Source of the DNA: Nitrospirota bacterium
GTDB lineage: Bacteria > Nitrospirota > UBA9217
Direction of reading: 5' to 3'
Length of the DNA stretch: 64,000 nt
Assembly (NCBI GenBank): GCA_963796285.1
Contig: CAWCKW010000012.1
Location: 320,001 to 384,000, forward strand
The notes below the pieces were generated by a model. The model was not told where the DNA came from. It did no database searches and worked only from the letters and a program-made list of their open reading frames with translations. This document shows, piece by piece, positions 20,878-32,919 of this stretch (its first letter is position 1; every line of letters begins with the position of its first letter). The translations under genes and the position numbers were made by a program.

Positions 20878-22367
20878 ATGACAGACAATCTTCAACAGAA
20901 AACACCTGGCGCCATCTCATGGAGTTTTGTCGAGGCCCTGGTGCGCAGCGGGGCGTGCAATTCGTCATCGGGATCGTTTTGGCGCGGCTGCTGTTCCCTG
21001 AGCAGTTCGGTCTGATCGGGATGCTGACGATCTTCATGGCTGTATCTCAATCATTCCTTGACAGCGGATTCGGCGCTGCCTTGATCCAGAAACGGGAAAT
21101 AACGCAAACCGACATCTGTTCCGATATTTTATTTTAATATACTGGTGGGGTTGGCAGCCGCGGGCCTGTTGTGTCTCGCCGCCCCCTGGATAGCCGCTTT
21201 TTATAAACAGCCTGTCCTGACCCCCCTGACGCGGGCGCTGTCGCTGACCATCGTGATAAATTCCTTCGGCCTGATTCAGAGCACCATCCTCACCAGACAG
21301 ATCAACTTCAAGACCCAGACCAAGGTAAGCCTGATCGCCGGCGCATTGTCGGGTATCATCGGTATTACTCTGGCCGCCGTGGATTCGGCGTATGGAGCCT
21401 GGTTATTCAGCAGATATCCAGCTCGCTTTTTTCAGACAGTTTGTCTCTGGTCTATATCAGTTCCTGGAGGCCGATCCTGATCTTCAGCTTCAACTCCCTG
21501 CGGGAAATGTTCGGTTTCGGTTCGCGCATGCTGTTTTCAGGATTGCTGAATCAGATCTTTGACAATATCTATCTCGTGGTCATCGGCAGGCTGTTTTCCG
21601 CCGCTGATCTCGGATTATTTTACACGCGCCAAGACCATGAATGATCTTCCAACGCAAACGTTGTCGGGAATGGTGGGACGGGTCACGTTTCCTGTGTTCT
21701 CCACGATCCAGGATGATCCGGCCCGACTGAAAAGAGGATTGAAAAAGGCCTTGACCATGCTGGTTCTGGTGAATTTCCCCATGATGATCGGCCTGGCGAT
21801 CATTGCCCGTCCCCTGGTGCTGGTAATGTTGACGGAAAAGTGGGCACCCTCTGTTCCTTATTTGCAGTTGCTCTGTGTGGCCGGTTTGCTGTTTCCGCTG
21901 CAACTGATGAACTTGAATGTGCTGCAGGCCCTGGGCCGGTCCGACCTTTTTTTCCGCCTGGAGATCATCAAAAAAGTCATGATCGCGATCAATATTGCCA
22001 TAACCTGGCGATGGGGCATATCCGCGATGATTTACGGCATGATCGTCAATTCGATCATCGCGTATTATTTGAACAGTTATTACAACGGCAGTTCTGATCA
22101 GTTACCCGCATCAAAGAGCAGGTGCTTGACCTGTTCCCTTACCTCATCGCGGCCTCACTGATGGGCATTGCGGTATATGCCGCCGGGTTGCTGCAGTTCT
22201 CCCACCAATGGTCCATGCTTTTAGTGCAAATTGCCACGGGAATAGTTGTTTATGTTCTCCTTTGCCGCGTATTTCGCTTGAAGGCTTTTATGGAAATATG
22301 GCAAGCGGGTTGGAATAAGATAAAGACATCAGGATTCAAGGTGTCGAGGGTTCAAGGATTCAAGTGA
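20878..22367 (+). CDS. wzx: Wzx flippase (WzxC-like lipopolysaccharide biosynthesis protein), frameshifted
   Basis: 'IVLARLLFPEQFGLIGM', 'DSGFGAALIQ', 'VGRVTFPVFSTIQDD', 'NVLQALGRSDL'. Confidence 0.88.
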
Positions 22368-22513
22368 GATGCTCGAGCATTCGGACCCCTTGAACCTGCA
22401 ACTCTCCCGTAGCTGGCTACGGGGCCACCTATTAGGTCCCTCCCCCTTGAAAACCGAGAGATAATGTTTTTATATTTAAAATAATAGAAGTCAGAGTACA
22501 TAGAGGTGAGTGC

Positions 22514-23524
22514 TTGAATAAAATTATGATTACTGGAGCGGCCGGTTTCATCGGGTTCCATCTATCGCGAAAATTGCTCGAACAAGGCGTTGAGGTGACA
22601 GGCATCGATAATTTAAACGATTATTACGATGTGAATCTCAAACGAGCACGACTGTCGGTCCTCGAAGATCGTAAGAATTTTATGTTTATGAGAGCCAACT
22701 TGTCAGACCGGCTGACCATAGATGAGCTATTTAGAAAGGGTAAATTCGATTGCGTGGTGAATTTGGCAGCCCAGCCTGGCGTTCGTTATTCCTTAAAAAA
22801 CCCTTATTCCTACATCGACAGCAACATTGTCGGGTTCACGAACATCCTGGAAGGTTGCCGACACAATCATGTCAAACATCTCGTTTTCGCCTCTTCAAGC
22901 TCGATCTACGGAACCAATGCCAAAATACCTTTTTCAGTCAGCGATAATGTGGACCACCCTGTTTCACTTTATGCCGCGTCCAAAAAAGCGAACGAGCTGA
23001 TGGCGCATACCTATGCACATTTATATGGTCTCCCGTGCACCGGCCTCAGGTTCTTTACGGTCTATGGTCCCTGGGGTCGTCCGGATATGGCCTATTTTTC
23101 CTTCACCAAAGCTATTCTGGAGGGAAAACCCATTGACGTATTCAACAACGGCGACATGAAGCGTGATTTCACCTATATCGACGACATTGTTGAAGGGGTT
23201 TTACGTGTCATGGATAAAATCCCCCAGCCAAATCCCAGCTGGGACAGGACAAAGGCCGACCCGGGATCTAGTTATGCTCCTTACAAATTGTACAACATCG
23301 GCAACAATAACCCTATTGACCTGTCGAAATTTATTGCGCTCTTGGAGTCGAATCTCGGTAAAACCGCGTTAAAAAACATGCTTCCCATGCAGCCCGGAGA
23401 CGTCCCCATTACCTATGCTGATGTTGATGATCTTATGCGCGACGTGGGTTTTAAGCCCTTGACTCCAATCGAGGAGGGCATTCAAAAGTTTGTGGTATGG
23501 TTCAAGGAGTATTACGGCTTATGA
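22514..23524 (+). CDS. NAD-dependent epimerase, UDP-glucuronate 4-epimerase family
   Basis: 'ITGAAGFIG', '[13 protein letters not shown]', '[14 protein letters not shown]', '[14 protein letters not shown]', 'MQPGDV'. Confidence 0.95.
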   Translation: MNKIMITGAAGFIGFHLSRKLLEQGVEVTGIDNLNDYYDVNLKRARLSVLEDRKNFMFMRANLSDRLTIDELFRKGKFDCVVNLAAQPGVRYSLKNPYSYIDSNIVGFTNILEGCRHNHVKHLVFASSSSIYGTNAKIPFSVSDNVDHPVSLYAASKKANELMAHTYAHLYGLPCTGLRFFTVYGPWGRPDMAYFSFTKAILEGKPIDVFNNGDMKRDFTYIDDIVEGVLRVMDKIPQPNPSWDRTKADPGSSYAPYKLYNIGNNNPIDLSKFIALLESNLGKTALKNMLPMQPGDVPITYADVDDLMRDVGFKPLTPIEEGIQKFVVWFKEYYGL

Positions 23525-23594
23525 CCTGGATGAACTTTGGCACTAATAGGGAGCGTTTATCTATCACCTCGTACCCAGAGGTCGGATGTATTAA

Positions 23595-23838
23595 ATGATC
23601 GATACCCGGAAACAATAAAAACTTGAATTCCGACAAGAAGTTTTCCGAGATCCTCACCGGCTCAGTCTACGTCATCGCGGCCAGGGTAGTTGCTATCGGT
23701 CTGACCCTGGTAGCGAGTGTCATCGTCGCCCGCATCTATGGGGCCGAAGCCATGGGCACTTTGGCTGTGGTAAACTCCTTTCTTATTATAGTGACTATCT
23801 TCACTGTTCTTGGGACGAACACCTCCATCTGGCGCTGA
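23595..23838 (+). pseudogene. 5' relic of a second flippase
   Basis: 'EILTGSVYVIAARVVAIGL..IVARIYGAEAMG..VLGTNTSI', then abrupt stop. Confidence 0.75.
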
Positions 23839-24014
23839 GCTAAAACAAAAGAAGGCTATTCCAAACGATGTTGTTAAATACACCCAGAAAGAACAAGTGA
23901 ACAGAACCGTCACTAAGCCAAAGGTTTTAGGAGTCGGTAAATGAACCTGCTTCGCAAACCGGTTATGACGCTCTGCGATCTTATCGCAATCATTCAAAAT
24001 GTTAGGGGGTTACA

Positions 24015-24430
24015 ATGAAATATCGTCTTCTTGACCTGCTCTGTTGTCCCTCGTGTGGAAATCAATTAAAACTAAATTCATTTGAAGAAGGTACAAATGA
24101 ATCAGGTAATTTAGAGCAGTCAATCAAATCGCCTCGATGTAACATATATTGTGGATTGCAAAACATTTCGATAAAAGGCCATGATGCCGGCAAGGAACAG
24201 CGTAAGTTTGATTGCATAACATGTTATAAAAAAAGAAATATTGGAGGGGATATTGTCATGCACATGTGGAAACGTGTTTCCAATAAGCAGCTGCGTACCG
24301 TGCATGTTAAATGGCAACTTAGAGGCTTATCCGGAGTTTGTTGCGAAAAACAAAGATAAGCTGATAGGTTTAACAGGGGATAAGGAAAAGAATACAAAAT
24401 TATCATCACTGCAACCTCATCGTATATAAC
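24015..24430 (+). pseudogene. Trm112-like Zn-ribbon N-terminus, probably of a truncated methyltransferase
   Basis: 'LLDLLCCPSCG', 'EGILSCTCGNVFPI..VP'; no methyltransferase domain follows. Confidence 0.65.
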
Positions 24431-24601
24431 TCAAAACACGGAAAAGGAGAGAAATGGTAAAGGTTACGAAGCCTGTATCGTCTATCGTCAGAGAGTCTGC
24501 GTTCAACTACGAAAGACGTAACCTTTAAAACCGAAACAGGCATCGTTACCATTGCCGTTATCTTCTTGGTCCTGAATTGTCCGGAATAGGAGTTCCTTAA
24601 C

Positions 24602-25598
24602 ATGCCAGCGCCCCTGGTCAGCGTCAAGATGGTCACATACAACCATGCGCCTTTTATCGCGCAGGCCATCGAGGGAGTTTTGCAGCAGAAAACGAAATTT
24701 CCCTTCGAACTGGTGATAGGGGAGGACTGTTCCACCGACGGCACACGGGAGCTTGTTTTTGAGTATCAGAAAAAACACCCGGACATCATTCGAGTGGTCA
24801 CGTCGGACGAAAATGTCGGAATGAAGAAAAACGGCCTAGCGCGTTTTAGCGGCCTGTCAGGGAAAGTACATTGCTTTTTGTGAAGGCGATGATTTTTGGC
24901 ACAATCCGGACAAACTTCAAAAACAGGCGGATTACCTCGACAGCAATCCGGAATGCGGGCTGGTGTATTCCAGTTATGATGTATATCTTGTCAACCGTAA
25001 GAAAAAAATAAATGATTTCATGAAATACCGGAAGTGGAAGATACCGGAAAATCCCTCTATATCTCATCTTCTTGAAGGCAAGGGTGTGCCCTTGACCTGT
25101 ACCGTTATGATTCGACGGGATCTTTGTGAGCAGATTATTGCAGCAGATCCCTATCTCCACCGAAGCGGCCATTTTCTCATGGGTGACACCCAGCTCTGGG
25201 TGGAGATGGCAACAATGGCTCGACTGCATTATATCCCTGAGTCGCTGGCAACCTATAACATTACGGATGAATCAGCTACCAGAAGCAAGGATGTCAAAAA
25301 GGAAATACGATTCTCAATGTCAAACGCGGAACTTATGCTCTATCTTTGTAACAAGTATGATCTTCCGCAACAGTTAAAAGATAAGTTTCAAATTTACTTT
25401 GATGAATGTTCTTTAAAACTTGCTTTTCATGCAGGAAATAAGGAATTGGCTGATGAGGTGCGAATAAGGAAACAGACCTTCACGTGGGAGGAATGGCTTC
25501 TCTATTACGGTGCTAAAAAAACGACGATTCATTATCCTGCTCGTTTAGCAGTAGCATTTCGAAGATTATTTAGAAAAAAGCATAGTCAATGGATGTAA
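24602..25598 (+). CDS. GT2 glycosyltransferase (frameshift near 24845)
   Basis: 'PLVSVKMVTYNHAPFIAQAIEGVL', 'GEDCSTDGT', 'YIAFCEGDDFW', 'KLQKQ'. Confidence 0.9.
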
Positions 25599-25711
25599 TA
25601 TGGTGCAATGTTAGGGAAATCCAGCGGTTAAAAAGATTTTCCATCCGGACCTGCATTGAAGTATTTGATTTCTTCGGCCCCTGATGAGAACAGCGGAAAG
25701 GTGAATCATAG

Positions 25712-26370
25712 ATGACTTTACAAAAGAAAAAAGTTTGGATAGATTTGGACAATTCGCCCCACATCCCTTTCTTTAAGCCGATCATTGCGCAGCTCGAACA
25801 ACGTGGATACAAGGTCATTTTGACAGCCCGTGATTGTTTTCAGACTTGTGAGCTTGCCGATCTGGCGGTTTTCGTTATCAGCGGATCGGGAGTCGTTACG
25901 GTAAAAACATGGTACGAAGCTGGCCGGCCTGATCATGCGCTTTTTGCAAATGGCGTCGTTCGTATGGAGGGAGAAACCGGACCTTGCTGTATCGCATGGA
26001 TAGAAGTCGCAACACTTTTTCTTTCCTGTAGAGACTGCCGGTTGTTACAATCTTGGACCATGAGCATGCGAAATTAATGCCTCTGGAAAATGTTGTGCGC
26101 ATCGTAGTTCCCGATGTTATTCCGACAGAGGCTGTCCGCATCGCATCGGAGCGAATACTTAAATATCCGGGCATCAAGGAGGATGCCTATGTCCCGGATT
26201 CCTCGCCCAACCCGACGCTGCTCAGTGAACTCGGCATCGAAAAAGACAGATCGTAATTACCATCCGGCCGCCTGCCACGGAGGCCCATTATCGTAGTGCT
26301 GAAAGTGACGTGCTCTTCGACAAGACGATCGAGTTCTTGGCGGAGAAAAAATATATTTGCCTGACCTCTC
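25712..26370 (+). pseudogene. DUF354-family GT-B protein, degraded and truncated
   Basis: 'KVWIDLDNSPHIPFFKPII', 'TARD', 'YPGIKED', 'RPPATEAHY'; multiple shifts and no C-terminus. Confidence 0.72.
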
Positions 26371-26373
26371 ATT

Positions 26374-27417
26374 ATGAAAACCATGGAATTTAAAATTATA
26401 AATCCTCTTGAGTATCCGGGATGGGACAATCTTCTGCTGGCTTCTCGCGATTATTCCTTCTTCCATACCTCCTTTTGGGCCCGCGTTCTTCACGATTCAT
26501 ATACCTACCGTCCTTTCTATCTGACGCGCATACAGGACGGTAAACTGGACATTTTAGTGCCCATAATGGAAGTTAAAAGTTGTCTGACCGGAAATCGGGG
26601 TGTGTCCCTGCCGTTTACTGATTACTGCGAACCCATTATCCACGATACGAACACGTGGAAGGATGTTCTGAAATATTTAGAGGAGTATGGCAAGAACGCG
26701 AAATGGAACTATTTGGAACTTCGTGGAGGGGAAGCCCTGTTTGGACACGCGCCTTTTTCTGCGTCTTATTATCGTCACAGCCTAAAACTCTCCGCGGATA
26801 TTGATGCAATATATGCTCACGTGCAGAAGGGAAGAAAGAGTAATATAACGAAAGCGATACGAGAAGGAGTGACTATCACACAAAGCAACACAATCGACGC
26901 GGTCAAGACATTTTATCGGTTGCACTGCGTGACCAGAAAAAAACATGGAACGCCCCCACAACCGTTCAGCTTTTTTCAGAGGCTTTACGAACACATTATA
27001 AGCAGAGGTCATGGACAGGTTGTTCTTGCATTCTATAATGGGCAAACGATATCAGGCGCCGTCTTTCTGCATTTTGGCAATGAGGTCATCTATAAGTTCA
27101 GCGCATCAGATAGCGCATACCAGCATCTAAGGCCAAATGATCTTCTCATGTGGAATGCGATTCAGTGGTATTGCCGCAATGGCTGTAGCAGGCTCGACTT
27201 CGGTCGATCAGAACCTGAAAATGAAGGACTCAGGTATTTTAAAAAAGGATGGGGTGCGGAAGAGTATCCTGTTTTATATCACCGATACGACCTGAGAAAA
27301 GCAGCGTATGTCAGAGATTCACCGAGTTCACAGGGGTTCCATAACAAAATATTCGCCCGACTGCCAATTCCTATCTTAAAAATAGTCGGCTCTCTTTTAT
27401 ATAAACATATTGGTTAA
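26374..27417 (+). CDS. GNAT/FemAB-related acyltransferase
   Basis: 'SFFHTSFW', 'VSLPFTDYC', 'YLELRG', 'LRPNDLLMW', 'LDFGRS..NEGLRYFKKGWG'. Confidence 0.88.
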   Translation: MKTMEFKIINPLEYPGWDNLLLASRDYSFFHTSFWARVLHDSYTYRPFYLTRIQDGKLDILVPIMEVKSCLTGNRGVSLPFTDYCEPIIHDTNTWKDVLKYLEEYGKNAKWNYLELRGGEALFGHAPFSASYYRHSLKLSADIDAIYAHVQKGRKSNITKAIREGVTITQSNTIDAVKTFYRLHCVTRKKHGTPPQPFSFFQRLYEHIISRGHGQVVLAFYNGQTISGAVFLHFGNEVIYKFSASDSAYQHLRPNDLLMWNAIQWYCRNGCSRLDFGRSEPENEGLRYFKKGWGAEEYPVLYHRYDLRKAAYVRDSPSSQGFHNKIFARLPIPILKIVGSLLYKHIG

Positions 27418-27420
27418 TAA

Positions 27421-28344
27421 ATGTTCAGAAATAAACTGTATTACTTTATCAAGCCATTAATCCCGCGCCGATTGCAAATCGCCATACGCTCGAATCTCGT
27501 TTTACGCCAGAAGATCGCCTGTAAGGATGTGTGGCCGATCGATGAAAAGGCCGGCGCGCCGCCAGCCGGATGGTTAGGCTGGCCTGAAAGGAAGAAGTTT
27601 GCCCTCGTGCTGACCCATGATGTGGACACTGCCCGGGGACAGGAACGCAGCGGCAAACTCATGCGTCTTGAGGAAGAGCTCGGTTTCCGCTCATCGTTTA
27701 ATTTTGTGCCGGAACGGTATCGTGTTTCCCCTGAATTGCGCCGCAAACTGATTGAGAGAAAGTTCGAGGTCGGTGTCCACGGTCTGTATCATGACGGCAA
27801 ATACTTTGATTCGCGCGAAGAGTTTCGGAGGCGCGCAATTAAAATCAATCGCTACATCAAGGAGTGGGACGCCGTCGGCTACCGCTCGCCGTCCATGCAG
27901 CACAACCTGGAATGGTTCCATGATCTTGAGATCACGTACGATGCATCAACGTTTGATACCGATCCCTTCGAGCCTCAACCGGATGGCATGGGCACGATCT
28001 TTCCCTTCTGGGTAGCCGAGCAAAAGGGTCAAAAAGGGTATGTGGAGCTTCCTTATACGCTTCCGCAGGATTTTACCTTGTTTATCCTTATGAAAGAAAA
28101 AAGTATCGATGTCTGGAAGAAAAAATTGGAATGGATTGTGGAAAAAGGAGGGATGGCGCTCATCAATGTTCATCCTGATTATATGAAATTTGATGGCTTG
28201 AAACCGAGCTTGGAAGAATATCCGGCAGAACGCTACCAGGAATTTCTTGCTTATATAATAAGCAAGTATCATGGCAAATATTGGCATGTATTGCCCAAAG
28301 ATATCGTGAAATATTGGTTGACGACAATGCTTGAAAAAGCTTGA
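27421..28344 (+). CDS. Polysaccharide deacetylase-like protein
   Basis: 'FALVLTHDVD', 'EVGVHGLYHDG', 'GYRSP', 'VELPYTLPQD'. Confidence 0.8.
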   Translation: MFRNKLYYFIKPLIPRRLQIAIRSNLVLRQKIACKDVWPIDEKAGAPPAGWLGWPERKKFALVLTHDVDTARGQERSGKLMRLEEELGFRSSFNFVPERYRVSPELRRKLIERKFEVGVHGLYHDGKYFDSREEFRRRAIKINRYIKEWDAVGYRSPSMQHNLEWFHDLEITYDASTFDTDPFEPQPDGMGTIFPFWVAEQKGQKGYVELPYTLPQDFTLFILMKEKSIDVWKKKLEWIVEKGGMALINVHPDYMKFDGLKPSLEEYPAERYQEFLAYIISKYHGKYWHVLPKDIVKYWLTTMLEKA

Positions 28345-28391
28345 ATCCAGGCGAGAAATTAAGATCCCAGAAAACGAAGCAAATTAATACC

Positions 28392-28660
28392 ATGAGAACT
28401 TGTTTGGTTGCATACTTTTTTTATGAAACTGAATGAACCCCTTCATGGATGCTATTTTAACCGGATAGCAGTGGTAAGACTAATAAAATATCATATTTCT
28501 GGAGCGGATTTCGTATTCGGCTCAAAAGTCGAGTTTAAGCCAAGTGCAAAAAAAATCATATGTATGGGTAATAGTGCGATAAATTTGGATGAGGATAATG
28601 ACGGTCTTCTTGTTCCAGGATGTCTACCGACAAAAGAAGACATGTTCAAATATCTATAGA
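28392..28660 (+). pseudogene. Chimeric relic: 5' end of a GT4 gene joined to the 3' end of an unrelated gene
   Basis: 'MRTCLVAYFFYETE' resembles 'MRMCVIAYTFYDTD' (29862); the tail 'IICMGN...VPGCLPT' resembles DUF362-like C-termini. Confidence 0.5.
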
Positions 28661-29859
28661 ATGAATCTTATGGTAATTTCAAAGGCAAAGCTCATACCTC
28701 GAAATAACTGGGATTATGCACTATCTGACTGTGTAAATGCATCCATTGCTTCGATACGAGGAAAAAAGAGCACTACCGATGGTCATATTGGGAAAATATT
28801 CGATAGAAAACCGATTATGACCACATCAGGCAGGACATCGCTGTATGCAATTTTAAAGTCTCTCAATATTCGCCCTGGGTCGTATGTGGGTGTTCCTCTT
28901 TTTTGCTGTGATGTTGTATTTGAAGCAATAAAGAAGGCGAATCTCGTGCCGCGATTCATTGATGTAAATATGGAGGACTATAATCTATCCGTTTCTGATC
29001 TGAAGAAAAAAATGGAATCGCTTTCTGCAGTTGTAGTTGTCCATATGTTCGGAAATCCTGCCGACATGGATGCAATTCGTACCGTATGTGGGAATATACC
29101 AATTATTGAAGACTGCGCCCATTCTTTATTTAGCAAATATAAAGGCGTATATACAGGTTTGCTGGGCACGGCCTCATTTTTTTCTTTCAGATCTGGTAAA
29201 TATATTTCCGCAGGTGAAGGAAGCGCAATACTTACTGCAGACAGCGTATTAGGCGATTCTATTGAAAGACTGGTCGATTCCTTTGACCGAAGTTCAATGC
29301 GCCAAGAAATTTTGCACTGTCTGGCCACACCATCAAATCGACCCTCTATCACAGACCGTGGTATGGAGTACTTGGATATCCCATCGGGACGCGCCTCGAT
29401 AAGACATTGAATTTAACAGCCAAGTCAGGATTTACAACGGGGAAAATCAGATTAGGAGACCTTCAAATACTGAGCGATAGAATGGATACATTTCCTGCAA
29501 AAATACAGAAACAGCGAGAAAACTCATTTTACTTGCTCGATAGAATACGGATGGCAGATATTTACCTTCCCAGAGAAAATAATGAATGTTTTAGTAATTA
29601 TTATCAGTTTGCAATCAGGTTCCAACAGCCTGAGAAACGCGATGCAATTTCCGATGCACTTTTTGCCCGTGGTATAGATACAGCGCGGTATCTTAGTAAT
29701 ATCGCAGACATCGCTAAACACCGTTATAAATACGACGACGATTGCGTAAACGCGGAGCTATGTGCTCGAAGTACCCTTATCATTCCGAATCACTATACAC
29801 TTACACACCCCGATCTCGAATTTATAGTGAACAGTCTCAATAGCATGGAGTCGTTCTGA
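28661..29859 (+). CDS. DegT/DnrJ-family PLP-dependent protein (frameshift near 29330)
   Basis: 'TTSGRTSLYAIL', 'VVVVHMFGNPADM', 'IIEDCAHS', 'FSFRSGKYISAGEG'. Confidence 0.85.
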
Positions 29860-29861
29860 CG

Positions 29862-31034
29862 ATGAGAATGTGCGTAATAGCCTATACCTTTTATGATACG
29901 GACGACCGCGTCCGCCGTTATGCAGAGGCCCTTGTTGAACAAGGCCATGAAATTGACGCGATTGTCTTGCAGGACCAGAACCAGCCTTCAACGTCTGTCC
30001 TTAACGGTGTTAATATATACCGCATTCAGAAAAGAGCATTCAACGAAAAACATATCTCTAATTTTATAATCAGGATGATGTCTTTTTTCTTCAAGGGAAG
30101 TATCATCGTCTTGTTTAGGCATTTGCGGAAACCTTATAAGCTTTTTCATATACACAATGTCCCCGATTTTCTCGTTTTTATGAGTCTGATCCCCAAGCTT
30201 CTTGGGGCAAAAGTTATTCTGGACATCCATGACATCCTTCCTGAGTTATTCTGCCAGAAGTTTAATAAAAATATGAGTAGTTCCTTTGCTAAGACGCTTC
30301 TCTTTATTGAAAAAATATCAGTACTTTTCGCGGACCATGTTATTATCGCAAACGATCTTTGGAGACAGAAAATTATTAACAGGCAGAAACTTACGGCAAA
30401 TTCATGCACCACTTATATGAATTATCCGCAACTTGCCTACTTTAAGGGTGTCCAAAAAAAAAGCGATAACGGCAAACTGACTATTATCTATCCTGGCACT
30501 ATATCCCATATCCACGGTACCGACATATTGATTAGGGCCATACCGGCTATCAAAGCCAAATTCCCGGATATTGAAATAATGATCTATACACTTACAAACA
30601 ATCAGCGCTATTTTTATTATATTAAGCAGATAATAAAGGACCTTGGTGTGGAAGAGAACGTCCATTTCTTTGATACGGTCCCGGCAGAAGAACTGCACAA
30701 AATCTATTCAAGGGCTGATATAGGTGTAGTTCCAAAAAGGGCCGGGGTTTTCGCGTCCGGAGCTTTCAGCACCAAAATATTTGATTATATGGCTGCTGGT
30801 ATACCAATAGTTGCATCCAAGACTGAAATCGATGCATATTATTTTGATGATTCCATGATGGTCTTCTTTGAACCGGAAAATCACGAAGAGCTTGCCGCTC
30901 GAATCTTGGAATTGGCTGGAGATCATTCAAAGAGAGAAAGACTTGTACAAGCAGGATTAAAATATATTGCAATACATAATTGGGATGAAAAGAAAAAGGA
31001 TTATGTGACGCTGGTAAACGGGTTACTGCAGTAG
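29862..31034 (+). CDS. GT4 glycosyltransferase
   Basis: 'DDRVRRYAEAL', 'HIHNVPDFL', 'LDIHDILPE', 'STKIFDYMAAGIPIVAS'. Confidence 0.92.
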   Translation: MRMCVIAYTFYDTDDRVRRYAEALVEQGHEIDAIVLQDQNQPSTSVLNGVNIYRIQKRAFNEKHISNFIIRMMSFFFKGSIIVLFRHLRKPYKLFHIHNVPDFLVFMSLIPKLLGAKVILDIHDILPELFCQKFNKNMSSSFAKTLLFIEKISVLFADHVIIANDLWRQKIINRQKLTANSCTTYMNYPQLAYFKGVQKKSDNGKLTIIYPGTISHIHGTDILIRAIPAIKAKFPDIEIMIYTLTNNQRYFYYIKQIIKDLGVEENVHFFDTVPAEELHKIYSRADIGVVPKRAGVFASGAFSTKIFDYMAAGIPIVASKTEIDAYYFDDSMMVFFEPENHEELAARILELAGDHSKRERLVQAGLKYIAIHNWDEKKKDYVTLVNGLLQ

Positions 31035-31232
31035 CCCATCGAGATACCTTCAATCTGACGTTTGTACACCTCTATGCTGTGATAACTGTTAGAATGCGCG
31101 TTTTCATGTTTGAAAATAGATGGAAGTATGCGAATCTGAGTCCCAAGATTAATATGGATTATCGTTGTTAACTGGAAATCGGCGCACTACTGCAGAAATG
31201 TCTCGAATCCATCTATCGAGACATCAGCACAG

Positions 31233-31648
31233 TAGCCAAGGACTTTAAGGAGTTCATCCAACTGTCCGGCATGACGCACGTTCGGACATCGCCCTTCTAC
31301 CCGCAGTCGAACGGCAAACTGGAGCGATTCCACAAAACGCTCAAAGGAGAATGCATCCGTCCGAAGACGCCGCTTTCAATTGACGACGCCCGGTGGTTTG
31401 TGGTAGAGGACATCGAACATTACAATACCGTCCGGCTTCACAGCGAGACCGGCTATATCACGCCGGCGGACAAACTGAACGGCAGGGGCCAAGAGATTTT
31501 CAAAGAACGGGATCGAAAACTTGAGGCCGCCCGGGAACAGCGCCGCCTCAAGAGGCTGCAGGTAAATCAAAGAAGTGATAATCCCGGGCTATTCGGATAC
31601 CATACAACCCAACCGGCTCTATAGTCCATTTCAGACTGGGGCAAAACA
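31233..31648 (+). mobile_element. IS3-family transposase 3' remnant with right end
   Basis: 'HVRTSPFYPQSNGKLERFHKTLK', 'YNTVRLHSETGYITP'; ends gtccatttcagactggggcaaaaca, an IS3-like right terminus. Confidence 0.85.
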
Positions 31649-31921
31649 GCCACGCGTGAGGGGCCCTCTTCCTCTTCAAGACGAAAGAACACGGCAAACT
31701 ATACGGTTATCTCTATCGATCGACTATGAGCGGCGTGGCTTTTTTTCGAGTCATACTTATCGTTAGCCTCATGGCGCTGATACCAAGGAAGGCCTCGCGT
31801 GACGCGCTGAAAATATCTTTGGGCAAATGGTGTAATATATTTAGTTGGTTTCTTGTTTTTGAAGAGTGAGCGCACCGGTTAGTCCATGATCGTCCCCCCG
31901 CGTGATTGTAAGGAAAACGTT

Positions 31922-32785
31922 ATGTCTGAGAGCGAGTATGTGTTGATTACTGCCGCATATAACGAGGATGCGTATATTGGCGCAACTATCGAAGCCGTGT
32001 TAGGGCAGTCAGTGGCTCCGCGCAAATGGGTAATCGTCAGCGATGGATCTACTGATAATACTGACTCAATCATCAAGAACTATGCCGAGCGATACAACTT
32101 AATCGAATATATCCGCAGAGAAAAGACAGAAACATCTCCATGTTTTATCTCAAAGGTCTTTGCAATTCGCGCTGGGTATGCAGCAATTAAGGGCACGCCA
32201 TATGAGTTTATTGGGATACTTGACGCCGATATCACCTTCGGCGTCGACTATTACGAGCGAGTCATCAGTAAATTTCAGGAAAATACAAGACTTGGCTTAG
32301 CTGGCGGCTTCATTCATGAGTGGTTGAGAGGCGATTTCAGGAATCGGCCATCAAATTCATCGTTGTCAGTTGCAGGTGCAATTCAGCTCTTTCGTAGGGA
32401 ATGCTACGAAGCAATTGGCCGCCACATGCCTTTGCCATATGGTGGTGAGGATACGCTGTGCGAAATTCTGGCCCGCAAAAAGGGATGGACAGTGACGGCA
32501 TTTCCAGATATTATTGTGCAACATCTAAAGACAAGCGCAGCAAAACGGGGGGCACTGAAAGATGCAATCAGACAAGGTAAGATGGATTATACAATTGGGA
32601 ACCATCCTCTATTTGAATTGGCGAAATGCATAAGACGGATAAGAGAAAGGCCTTTTTTTCTGAAAGCACTATTTAGAATGTTCGGATTTATATGGTCTGC
32701 AGCAAAGAGAGAGCGCAAGGCTGTATCCGCTGAGGTAGTCAATTACGTCAGACGGGAACAATTGAAAAGATTGATACATTCATAA
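31922..32785 (+). CDS. GT2 glycosyltransferase
   Basis: 'YVLITAAYNE', 'WVIVSDGSTDNT', 'GILDADI', 'VAGAIQLFRRECY'. Confidence 0.92.
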   Translation: MSESEYVLITAAYNEDAYIGATIEAVLGQSVAPRKWVIVSDGSTDNTDSIIKNYAERYNLIEYIRREKTETSPCFISKVFAIRAGYAAIKGTPYEFIGILDADITFGVDYYERVISKFQENTRLGLAGGFIHEWLRGDFRNRPSNSSLSVAGAIQLFRRECYEAIGRHMPLPYGGEDTLCEILARKKGWTVTAFPDIIVQHLKTSAAKRGALKDAIRQGKMDYTIGNHPLFELAKCIRRIRERPFFLKALFRMFGFIWSAAKRERKAVSAEVVNYVRREQLKRLIHS

Positions 32786-32903
32786 TATAATATAGACAGC
32801 GTAATCACATGGGGCAGATAGGACGCATATGCGGACTCCATATAGAAAAGGGGGGACCGATAAAGAACAACTGATTGCCCCATTACAAATATCTATGTAA
32901 CAT

Positions 32904-32919
32904 TGTGATTTGAGTCACA
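32904..32919. promoter_or_regulatory. CRP/FNR-family binding site
   Basis: TGTGA-tttgag-TCACA, an exact CRP consensus, in an AT-rich gap ~170 bp upstream of ATG 33087. Confidence 0.6.
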
